A stretch of 62,571 nucleotides of DNA, counting the filler. It is 8 parts of 8 records of this genome, joined end to end, with 100 filler letters (N's around TTAATTAATTAA, not from the genome) between each part and the next. Parts side by side here need not be neighbours in the genome. Positions count along the whole stretch, not along the records: positions 51,062 to 53,175 come from SRR11831586_164; positions 53,276 to 62,571 come from SRR11831586_166; 6 more parts are not named here. The stretch is one strand, 5' to 3'. Below, in pieces: positions 51,142-60,126 of this stretch (the first letter of the stretch is position 1; each line of letters starts with the position of its first letter). The translations under genes were made by a program, and so were the position numbers. Under the pieces are notes generated by a model. That model was given only the letters and a program-made list of their open reading frames with translations. It ran no database searches and was not told the origin of the DNA.

Positions 51142-52560
51142 TCAGGCGGACGCACCGTTTTTCGACCCTCACCGACGTGCAATAAAACCGGCAGTTTTTT
51201 TGCCTTTTTCTCGCTAGCCATCGGGTTTGGGGGGATGCCGTCTTCATTTTCGTTCTCAGCGGGCACAGTTGCATCAGGGGCACAGAGTGGGATTAGGATT
51301 CACGAATTTTGGTCGGGGAACTGTGTGGGCCATTTCAGTTTTTCCCGTATACTCTATGACGCGGAGCGGGGGTGCGTGAACGGGTGCCGAGATGCGATTT
51401 CTTATGTCTTTATGGATCTTCTCCTCTCTTCGTGTGTTCCGTTACGACGGTAGCATGGGTCAATCGTGATGGGACATTCGCTGCGAACGAGCACGACCGT
51501 GAGTCGCCCGAAGCACCAGCGAGCAACCATGCGTCGACGGTGTACTATAGGGCACGTTTCGTCGTCCGGATCGCTCATCGAATGCTGCCATGGGGGCGAT
51601 CGGTTCGTGGAGCGCGTACTGGTACGCGTGAAAATTGTTTAGATGTTCGTATGTACTTCTTTATCAATTACGCACTTTATTTAACTCGCGTGTTCTCGTC
51701 CATCCATAGACATCTGGGAGCAGCGCATTACCTTGCTCTACGTCCGCGCCGCTGTCGCTCGCGTGTGCAGGTACCGACTGCCTTTGACGTGCGCGCATGC
51801 TCCGCCGACTGCTGATCGGCGTGGTCGGAGTCTTCATCTCAATCTGCCGGTTCCCAGAAGCGGCTGCAGCAAAACGTACTGGATTTGAGCCCGCGGCAGA
51901 GAGTCCCGGCAGACGGAAATGGAGCGGATCGCCAACTCCTTCATCTTGCATCGCAGTGAGAGGGCAGGATCCGCCGAGGACGCAGATTCTCGCTTCGCCT
52001 TTGCCAGCTGCGAGTAGTGGTTGTGGCAAACACGCTGCCCACTCTTCAATCCGTGCACGGCACTGTTTTCGGCCGTGAGCACATGGATTTCGGACCGTCA
52101 GTGATGGGGCAGAACAGAAAGCAGCACGATTCGACCGACATCGGCGACATGGTACTACTATTCCACGGTCAGACCGGCGGATGAAGCGCAGAAGTGAGCA
52201 ACTTGCAGATGATTGCGTACCAAAAACACCGTATACTCGATTACCCACAAACGATCCGTTGGTTTCAGCGGGACAGGGTAACAGATCACCGATATATACA
52301 CGCTCTGTCTTCGTGGCGCACGCTGCGGCACAAAGTCAGCGAAATCGGCAATCGCCAAGAATTAGCAAAAAGCGTCAAAGTTACAGAAACGTGTAGGGGA
52401 CAATGCGCGCATTCGCCACATACAGTTATGGGACACAGGCCGCACGTATAGTGACGTCAAAGACGGCGCTGAAGTCCCAAAAAACGACGTCGGAGGACCA
52501 AATCAGGACATGTGCCCTAACCCTAGTGAGGGTCGAAATCGGCGTGCTGCGTCCGCCTGA
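51142..52560. repeat. Inverted repeat pair (cores 51142-51172 and 52526-52560)
   Basis: Two perfect 13-mers, TCAGGCGGACGCA and TTTCGACCCTCAC, recur reverse-complemented in the same order. Confidence 0.85.
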
Positions 52561-52625
52561 GTTGTTTCAGACTTCTAATTAGAGAGCTGCGTCGAGAACA
52601 GTCAAAAGCCCGTGTCCAGGAGGAG

Positions 52626-52674
52626 TTGTGCTGTTTACGTATAGATACATTGTGCTGTTTACGTATAGATACAT
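52626..52674. repeat. Perfect 24-bp tandem duplication
   Basis: TGTGCTGTTTACGTATAGATACAT at 52627-52650 and 52651-52674. Confidence 0.97.
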
Positions 52675-53015
52675 ATGATTCGTATCGAAGAAAAAATGAG
52701 GCCCTCCGGGAGCCAGCAGATTAGAGCACCAGGAAGGCAACGTGGGAAAACCCACACATGACATCCACAACGCGAACGTCCTCCGGAGGGGTCACAAGCT
52801 CTGGGACCTACACACACCAACCACACATGCATGCAGCAGGACGTAAGCGCAACACAGACCACCACGACAGCACAGGCTCGGGGTTCAGCTGGGACCCCAT
52901 TCCTGGAGTGAGGGAGAACGCACACAGTATGAATACGGACCACACACACGCACAGGGATGAAACGCACAAACCAATCATCATCAAGCACGGCGTATAGCG
53001 TTCACAAATATACTT

Positions 53016-53174
53016 CTATCGGACCAGTGAACGAGCATCGATAGCACGCACCGACGCGTAGCTGTCAATCTTGAGCACGGTGCCATCCGCTGTCAGGAAC
53101 GCTGAGATCTCGTGGCCCACGTTGGCACGCACGATATGATAACCGGGGAACAACTCAGCGTCAGCCCATGAGGG
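53016..53174 (-). CDS. Possible 3' end of a protein-coding gene running off contig 7
   Basis: Open frame PSWADAELFPGYHIVRANVGHEISAFLTADGTVLKIDSYASVRAIDARSLVR*; 34 of 52 codons end in G/C and only 5 in A. Confidence 0.45.
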   Translation of the reverse strand, partial: PSWADAELFPGYHIVRANVGHEISAFLTADGTVLKIDSYASVRAIDARSLVR

Positions 53175-53175
53175 A

Positions 53176-53275
53176 NNNNNNNNNNNNNNNNNNNNNNNNN
53201 NNNNNNNNNNNNNNNNNNNTTAATTAATTAANNNNNNNNNNNNNNNNNNNNNNNNNNNNNNNNNNNNNNNNNNNN
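53176..53275. other. Artificial contig spacer
   Basis: 44 N + TTAATTAATTAA + 44 N. Confidence 0.99.
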
Positions 53276-53301
53276 AACAAAGAAAATAATCCTAGAATAA
53301 T

Positions 53302-53321
53302 TCCCGGGCATTTGCCCGGGA
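53302..53321 (-). terminator. Hairpin just downstream of intB
   Basis: TCCCGGGCA-TT-TGCCCGGGA. Confidence 0.55.
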
Positions 53322-53324
53322 TGA

Positions 53325-54590
53325 TTACTGTTTTAATGGATTATTAATCTTTGCATATTCAAATGGACTGATAAACCTTTCTCTGTTTACATCCAGAAAA
53401 TCGGCCCACCACTGTAGCATCAATCGCCGTTCTTCCAGATGCTCTGCTTTATGGATATACGCGGCCCTCACTGAATTTCGCGCCATGTGGCTCATCTGAC
53501 GTTCAACAGCATCACGAGACCACAGACCTGATTCGACCAATGAACTACAGGCCATTGTTCGAAAGCCATGACCACAAACCTCTACTTTTGTATCATACCC
53601 CATGACCCGTAACGCACTATTTACCGTATTCTCACTCATGGGTTTGTGCGAATCGTGATCACCAATAAATATCAAGTCATGGGCCCCATAAAACTGTTTT
53701 ATCTGCTTTAAAATTGCAAGAGCTTGCGTTGAAAGAGGCACTAGATGCGTTGTACGCATTTTTGAGCCTCTATGGGAATGTTTCACTCCAGGAATAGGCT
53801 CCCGCTCCGGTGGGATAGTCCATATAGACGCTTCGAAATCGATCTCTGACCAACGAGCAAAACGCAGCTCACTGGACCGAATAAAGATCAGCAAAGTGAG
53901 TTCTATCGCCCATCGGGTTAGCGGCCTACCAGTATAGCTATCTATTTTTGTAAGCAACTCAGGGATGCGCTTTAATTCAAGCGCGGGACGATGTTGTCGA
54001 TTACAGGAAGCAACCGCCCCAGCCATCTCTTGTGCCGGGTTATAATCAATTAACCCACTTTGCACTGCATAGCGCATGATGGCTGTAGTGCGCTGCTGAA
54101 GACGAGCGGCCACTTCAAGACGTCCAGACATTTCTACGGCCTTAATAGGTGCTAATAAATCTCGAGTTTTTAACTCAGCGATATTACGTTCACCAAGCGC
54201 TGCAAAAAGATTATCTTCAAGACTTTTTAGCACACGATGGGCGTGATCTTCAGACCACTTTTTATTGGTGCCATGCCACTCAATCGCGACTTCTTTAAAG
54301 GTTCGTGCTTTACTCTGTTCAACCTTATCATTTTTCTTTTTGTCTCCCGGATCGACGCCATTCGCAAGCAGCTTACGCGCCTCGTCACGACGTACTCTGG
54401 CATCCGCTAGTGTGATTTCAGGATAAACCCCAAGTGCCAGCATTTTTTGCTTTCCCTCATAACGGTACTGCAAACGCCAGTACTTAGAACCATTTGGATG
54501 GACAAGCAGATGCATACCGCCACCATCAGTCAGCTAATATTGCTTATCCGTTGGCTTGGCTGCTCTGACTTTGATATCTGTTAATGCCAT
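53325..54590 (-). pseudogene. intB: P4-type tyrosine integrase of the leuX island (KpLE2), amber stop at codon 19
   Basis: MALTDIKVRAAKPTDKQY*LTDGGGMHLLV...; RSSELR, HGFR, H and Y catalytic motifs; 396-aa ORF from the internal Met at 54515. Confidence 0.9.
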
Positions 54591-54739
54591 CGTATTCCCT
54601 CCCTGTTGGTACAAGCATTATCGAACCGGAAATACCATCATCTGTACCAACATATGTTGGTAGATGTACGTTGATATCGGTTGACCTTGAGAGAGTTAAT
54701 ATAGCGGGAAAGATAGATAAACACTGGATTTCAGGCAAT

Positions 54740-54763
54740 AAAAAAAGACCTCAGTTGAGGTCT
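54740..54763 (-). terminator. leuX terminator
   Basis: Reverse strand AGACCTCA-AC-TGAGGTCT-TTTTTT. Confidence 0.88.
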
Positions 54764-54776
54764 ATTTACATACTTT

Positions 54777-54861
54777 TGGTGCCGAAGGCCGGACTCGAAC
54801 CGGCACGTATTTCTACGGTTGATTTTGAATCAACTGCGTCTACCGATTTCGCCACTTCGGC
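54777..54861 (-). tRNA. leuX: tRNA-Leu(CAA)
   Basis: 85 nt GCCGAAGTGGCGAAATCGG...TTCAAAA...GGTTCGAGTCC...CACCA, long variable arm; adjacent to the integrase. Confidence 0.98.
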
Positions 54862-55056
54862 ACTGAAGAGGTATGCGGAAAACGTTGTGGATTATACCTG
54901 TCGCACGCCACCATGCAAGCGCCAGCTTGCTCGCACCTCGCTAAGTGCTGAAATTTTCAGCATTGCATACAGCGATGTGTAACCTTTGTCACACTCCAGG
55001 CACCCCGCCCTGCCATGCTCTACACTTCCCAAACAACACCAGAGAAGGACCAAAAA

Positions 55057-56076
55057 ATGTCGATGATAAAAAGCTATGCCGCAAAAGAAGCGGGCGGCGA
55101 ACTGGAAGTTTATGAGTACGATCCCGGTGAGCTGAGGCCACAAGATGTTGAAGTGCAGGTGGATTACTGCGGGATCTGCCATTCCGATCTGTCGATGATC
55201 GATAACGAATGGGGATTTTCACAATATCCGCTGGTTGCCGGGCATGAGGTGATTGGGCGCGTGGTGGCACTCGGGAGCGCCGCGCAGGATAAAGGTTTGC
55301 AGGTCGGTCAGCGTGTCGGGATTGGCTGGACGGCGCGTAGCTGTGGTCACTGCGACGCCTGTATTAGCGGTAATCAGATCAACTGCGAGCAAGGTGCGGT
55401 GCCGACGATTATGAATCGCGGTGGCTTTGCCGAGAAGTTGCGTGCGGACTGGCAATGGGTGATTCCACTGCCAGAAAATATTGATATCGAGTCCGCCGGG
55501 CCGCTGTTGTGCGGCGGTATCACGGTCTTTAAACCACTGTTGATGCACCATATCACTGCTACCAGCCGCGTTGGGGTAATTGGTATTGGCGGGCTGGGGC
55601 ATATCGCTATAAAACTTCTGCACGCAATGGGATGCGAGGTGACAGCCTTTAGTTCTAATCCGGCGAAAGAGCAGGAAGTGCTGGCGATGGGTGCCGATAA
55701 AGTGGTGAATAGCCGCGATCCGCAGGCACTGAAAGCACTGGCGGGGCAGTTTGATCTCATTATCAACACCGTCAACGTCAGCCTCGACTGGCAGCCCTAT
55801 TTTGAGGCGCTGACCTATGGCGGTAATTTCCATACGGTCGGTGCGGTTCTCACGCCGCTGTCTGTTCCGGCCTTTACGTTAATTGCGGGCGATCGCAGCG
55901 TCTCTGGTTCTGCTACCGGCACGCCTTATGAGCTGCGTAAGCTGATGCGTTTTGCCGCCCGCAGCAAGGTTGCGCCGACCACCGAACTGTTCCCGATGTC
56001 GAAAATTAACGACGCCATCCAGCATGTGCGCGACGGTAAGGCGCGTTACCGCGTGGTGTTGAAAGCCGATTTTTGA
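55057..56076 (+). CDS. ahr: NADPH-dependent aldehyde reductase (yjgB)
   Basis: 339 aa from [25 protein letters not shown]. Confidence 0.95.
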
Positions 56077-56079
56077 AAA

Positions 56080-56643
56080 TCATTCGCAGCGCTGATCTGA
56101 GGCGCTGCCCTCTTTCGCACATATTCTGTTTTGTCGTATCGCCAGCACAGCCTGCCGACATTGTTCGGTGACATTGGCAATATCATGGTTGATATCAATG
56201 CGCACAATATCCTGTTCATCTGCTTGTGGACGCTCCAGTGCCTCAAACTGACTTTTTAGTAACGCTACCGGCATAAAATGCCCAGCCCGACGCTGCATTC
56301 GCGCGAGAATAGTTTCATAGTCGCCATCTAACCAGAGGAAATGAACATGGGGGCTACCCTTGCGTAAAATATCACGATACTGTTTTTTTAATGATGAACA
56401 GACAATAAATCCTGTTTCATTCTTTTTATAAAGACTGTATGAAGCATCATTTAAGCGTTCCAGCCAGGGAAGTCGATCTTCATCAGATAATGGAATACCC
56501 TGCGACATTTTATCTATATTTTTGGCTGGATGAAGATCGTCACCATCAATAAATTTAGCAGATAATAACGCGGCAACCTTGCTACCAATTAATGTTTTAC
56601 CACTCCCTGAAACGCCCATCAAAATAAAGCTTTCACCCGCCAT
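56080..56643 (-). CDS. idnK: Thermosensitive gluconokinase
   Basis: 187 aa, GVSGSGKT, DGDDLHP. Confidence 0.95.
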   Translation of the reverse strand: MAGESFILMGVSGSGKTLIGSKVAALLSAKFIDGDDLHPAKNIDKMSQGIPLSDEDRLPWLERLNDASYSLYKKNETGFIVCSSLKKQYRDILRKGSPHVHFLWLDGDYETILARMQRRAGHFMPVALLKSQFEALERPQADEQDIVRIDINHDIANVTEQCRQAVLAIRQNRICAKEGSASDQRCE

Positions 56644-56744
56644 TTAAAATCTCCTGAATCATCTTACCTGCTGCGATACTACGCCTGGCGGCATAATAAT
56701 TTCACGTTTTTTTATTTCTACTGATAAGAATTACAAGGCACATC

Positions 56745-56760
56745 ACGTTATGCGTAACAT
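56745..56760. promoter_or_regulatory. GntR/IdnR operator
   Basis: ACGTTA-TGCG-TAACAT versus consensus ATGTTA-N4-TAACAT. Confidence 0.75.
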
Positions 56761-56781
56761 AGTAATATAACAATTTTCTGA

Positions 56782-56797
56782 CGTGATCTTCATCACA
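56782..56797. promoter_or_regulatory. CRP site
   Basis: CGTGA-TCTTCA-TCACA. Confidence 0.78.
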
Positions 56798-56859
56798 AAT
56801 AATGACAGTTAAAACCGCTTAAATGCTTCCGAGGTGTCTACCTGACCAGTGAGGAATTT

Positions 56860-57891
56860 ATGCAAGTGAAAACACAGTCCTGCGTTGTTGCGGGCAAGAA
56901 AACTGTTGCCGTTACCGAGCAGACGATAGATTGGAATAATAATGGAACATTAGTACAAATAACCCGAGGTGGAATTTGCGGTTCCGATTTACATTATTAT
57001 CAGGAAGGAAAAGTAGGTAATTTCATGATAAAGGCACCGATGGTGTTAGGTCATGAAGTTATCGGTAAAGTTATTCATAGCGACTCATCAGAATTACATG
57101 AAGGGCAAACGGTAGCCATTAATCCGTCTAAACCGTGCGGTCACTGCAAATACTGCATTGAACATAACGAGAATCAGTGTACAGATATGCGTTTTTTTGG
57201 CAGTGCCATGTATTTCCCTCATGTTGATGGTGGTTTTACCCGTTATAAAATGGTCGAAACGTCGCAATGTGTCCCTTATCCGGCCAAAGCTGACGAAAAG
57301 GTTATGGCTTTTGCCGAACCTTTAGCCGTCGCGATTCATGCCGCACATCAGGCCGGCGAGTTACAGGGCAAGCGAGTATTTATTTCCGGTGTTGGACCCA
57401 TTGGCTGCCTGATTGTCAGTGCAGTGAAAACACTGGGGGCCGCGGAAATTGTCTGTGCTGATGTGAGTCCCCGTTCCCTTTCGCTGGGCAAAGAGATGGG
57501 GGCGGATGTGCTCGTAAACCCACAAAACGACGACATGGATCACTGGAAAGCGGAAAAAGGCTATTTCGATGTCAGCTTTGAAGTGTCCGGTCATCCTTCA
57601 TCAGTGAATACCTGTCTGGAGGTCACTCGTGCACGCGGCGTAATGGTGCAGGTAGGTATGGGAGGCGCGATGGCAGAATTCCCAATGATGACGTTGATTG
57701 GTAAGGAGATTTCACTCAGAGGCTCTTTCCGTTTTACCAGCGAATTTAATACCGCAGTGTCATGGCTGGCGAATGGCGTTATCAATCCACTGCCTTTACT
57801 GAGTGCTGAATATCCCTTCACTGACCTGGAAGAGGCGCTACGTTTCGCCGGTGATAAAACCCAGGCAGCAAAAGTCCAGCTTGTTTTCTAA
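56860..57891 (+). CDS. idnD: L-idonate 5-dehydrogenase
   Basis: 343 aa, GICGSD, GHE, GVGPIG. Confidence 0.96.
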   Translation: MQVKTQSCVVAGKKTVAVTEQTIDWNNNGTLVQITRGGICGSDLHYYQEGKVGNFMIKAPMVLGHEVIGKVIHSDSSELHEGQTVAINPSKPCGHCKYCIEHNENQCTDMRFFGSAMYFPHVDGGFTRYKMVETSQCVPYPAKADEKVMAFAEPLAVAIHAAHQAGELQGKRVFISGVGPIGCLIVSAVKTLGAAEIVCADVSPRSLSLGKEMGADVLVNPQNDDMDHWKAEKGYFDVSFEVSGHPSSVNTCLEVTRARGVMVQVGMGGAMAEFPMMTLIGKEISLRGSFRFTSEFNTAVSWLANGVINPLPLLSAEYPFTDLEEALRFAGDKTQAAKVQLVF

Positions 57892-57914
57892 GAGATAAAT
57901 AAAGGAATAATACA

Positions 57915-58679
57915 ATGAACGATCTATTTTCACTGGCAGGAAAAAATATCTTGATTACCGGTTCAGCACAGGGCATTGGCTTTTTACTGGCAACCGGCCT
58001 GGGTAAATATGGCGCACAAATAATTATTAATGATATTACTGCCGAACGCGCAGAACTTGCTGTAGAAAAACTCCACCAGGAGGGTATTCAGGCCGTTGCC
58101 GCACCTTTTAATGTTACTCATAAACATGAAATTGATGCCGCCGTTGAACATATCGAAAAGGACATCGGCCCCATTGATGTGCTGGTGAATAACGCCGGTA
58201 TCCAGCGCCGTCATCCTTTTACTGAGTTCCCTGAACAAGAGTGGAATGATGTGATCGCAGTAAACCAGACCGCCGTGTTCCTGGTATCGCAAGCGGTAAC
58301 TCGTCACATGGTTGAACGCAAGGCAGGTAAAGTTATTAATATTTGCTCGATGCAAAGCGAACTGGGACGTGACACCATCACCCCTTATGCCGCATCGAAA
58401 GGGGCGGTAAAAATGCTCACCCGCGGCATGTGCGTCGAGCTGGCGCGCCACAATATTCAGGTCAACGGTATTGCGCCGGGCTATTTCAAAACAGAAATGA
58501 CTAAAGCACTGGTTGAGGACGAAGCCTTCACCGCCTGGTTGTGCAAACGGACCCCCGCCGCACGCTGGGGAGATCCGCAGGAACTGATTGGTGCTGCGGT
58601 GTTCCTTTCTTCAAAAGCCTCTGATTTCGTAAACGGCCACCTGTTGTTTGTTGATGGCGGCATGTTAGTGGCTGTTTAA
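57915..58679 (+). CDS. idnO: 5-keto-D-gluconate 5-reductase
   Basis: 254 aa SDR, TGSAQGIG, NNAG, YAASK. Confidence 0.96.
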   Translation: MNDLFSLAGKNILITGSAQGIGFLLATGLGKYGAQIIINDITAERAELAVEKLHQEGIQAVAAPFNVTHKHEIDAAVEHIEKDIGPIDVLVNNAGIQRRHPFTEFPEQEWNDVIAVNQTAVFLVSQAVTRHMVERKAGKVINICSMQSELGRDTITPYAASKGAVKMLTRGMCVELARHNIQVNGIAPGYFKTEMTKALVEDEAFTAWLCKRTPAARWGDPQELIGAAVFLSSKASDFVNGHLLFVDGGMLVAV

Positions 58680-58740
58680 CAGCCCCCCTACGTGCAGCGC
58701 GAAAGCGCTGCTTTTCTGGCACTAATAAGAGATAAAGACT

Positions 58741-60060
58741 ATGCCATTAATCATTATTGCGGCAGGCGTCGCGCTGCTTCTTATCCTGATGATCGGCTTT
58801 AAAGTTAACGGCTTTATTGCCCTCGTTCTGGTAGCTGCCGTCGTCGGATTTGCCGAAGGGATGGATGCACAGGCCGTCCTGCACTCTATACAAAATGGTA
58901 TCGGCAGCACGCTCGGCGGGCTGGCAATGATCCTCGGTTTCGGGGCCATGTTAGGCAAGCTGATTTCTGATACGGGTGCGGCACAACGTATCGCCACTAC
59001 GCTGATTGCTACTTTTGGTAAAAAACGCGTGCAATGGGCGCTAGTGATCACCGGTCTGGTTGTGGGCCTCGCCATGTTTTTTGAAGTGGGTTTTGTCCTG
59101 CTGTTGCCGTTGGTATTTACCATCGTAGCATCATCAGGATTACCCCTGTTGTATGTTGGCGTACCAATGGTAGCAGCGCTCTCTGTAACCCACTGTTTTC
59201 TGCCGCCACATCCAGGGCCTACTGCCATCGCGACTATCTTTGAGGCTAATCTCGGAACGACTTTACTGTATGGATTTATCATTACCATTCCGACAGTTAT
59301 TGTCGCAGGACCGCTGTTTTCTAAACTGCTAACTCGCTTTGAGAAAGCACCACCGGAAGGCTTATTTAATCCTCATCTGTTTAGCGAAGAGGAGATGCCC
59401 TCCTTCTGGAACAGTATTTTCGCTGCCGTGATCCCGGTCATCCTGATGGCTATCGCCGCCGTTTGTGAAATTACGTTACCGAAAACTAACACCGTGCGCC
59501 TCTTCTTTGAATTTGTCGGTAACCCTGCCGTTGCGCTGTTTATTGCCATTGTTATTGCGATTTTCACACTGGGCCGACGTAATGGACGCACCATCGAGCA
59601 AATCATGGATATCATTGGGGATTCTATAGGCGCTATCGCGATGATTGTGTTTATTATCGCTGGCGGCGGCGCGTTTAAGCAGGTATTAGTAGATAGCGGT
59701 GTCGGGCACTATATTTCACACTTAATGACCGGAACTACACTTTCGCCGTTATTGATGTGCTGGACTGTTGCGGCGCTGTTGCGTATCGCTCTGGGCTCTG
59801 CCACCGTCGCGGCCATTACCACCGCGGGTGTGGTGTTGCCGATTATCAACGTTACCCATGCCGATCCCGCTTTAATGGTACTGGCAACCGGTGCGGGCAG
59901 CGTGATCGCGTCACACGTAAACGACCCTGGCTTCTGGCTATTTAAAGGGTATTTTAATCTGACGGTTGGTGAAACGTTGCGTACCTGGACGGTGATGGAA
60001 ACCCTTATTTCTATTATGGGTTTGCTGGGCGTGTTAGCCATTAACGCCGTATTGCACTGA
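58741..60060 (+). CDS. idnT: GntP-family L-idonate transporter
   Basis: 439 aa, PPHPGP, SHVNDPGFW. Confidence 0.96.
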   Translation: MPLIIIAAGVALLLILMIGFKVNGFIALVLVAAVVGFAEGMDAQAVLHSIQNGIGSTLGGLAMILGFGAMLGKLISDTGAAQRIATTLIATFGKKRVQWALVITGLVVGLAMFFEVGFVLLLPLVFTIVASSGLPLLYVGVPMVAALSVTHCFLPPHPGPTAIATIFEANLGTTLLYGFIITIPTVIVAGPLFSKLLTRFEKAPPEGLFNPHLFSEEEMPSFWNSIFAAVIPVILMAIAAVCEITLPKTNTVRLFFEFVGNPAVALFIAIVIAIFTLGRRNGRTIEQIMDIIGDSIGAIAMIVFIIAGGGAFKQVLVDSGVGHYISHLMTGTTLSPLLMCWTVAALLRIALGSATVAAITTAGVVLPIINVTHADPALMVLATGAGSVIASHVNDPGFWLFKGYFNLTVGETLRTWTVMETLISIMGLLGVLAINAVLH

Positions 60061-60126
60061 AAGAATAAAATATTGTGATGTAGTTTCGGGGGAAGATTGA
60101 AGATTCCCCCGACGTTGGGAGAAGTT

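Larger units (their letters stand above)
51062..53175. other. 2114-bp contig of non-E. coli, probably eukaryotic, largely non-coding DNA
   Basis: No recognisable bacterial protein in any frame; CA/GT tracts, CCCTAA motif, tandem and inverted repeats. Confidence 0.75.

Noticed and set aside
51006-51266. ORFs containing X runs (also 7063-7980 and 45021-45758)
   Set aside because: Translation through N spacers; the termini are artefacts.
52626-52674. Mini CRISPR array
   Set aside because: The two 24-bp copies are directly adjacent with no spacer, and there are no cas genes.
51097-52985. ORF-track proteins of 60-194 aa in contig 7
   Set aside because: They overlap on both strands, have low-complexity Arg/Ser/Cys/Val-rich composition and show no recognisable motifs; most likely spurious.
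51067-53099. Short direct repeats in contig 7 (GTTATGGGAC 51067/52425, CTGTCAGGAA 51077/53090, AAAACACCGTA 51118/52223)
   Set aside because: About two 10-mer matches are expected by chance in 2.1 kb, and these are not collinear.
48428-54861. ybdMN + foreign DNA + integrase + tRNA read as one novel genomic island
   Set aside because: These lie on three different contigs separated by spacers, so the island-like arrangement is coincidental.
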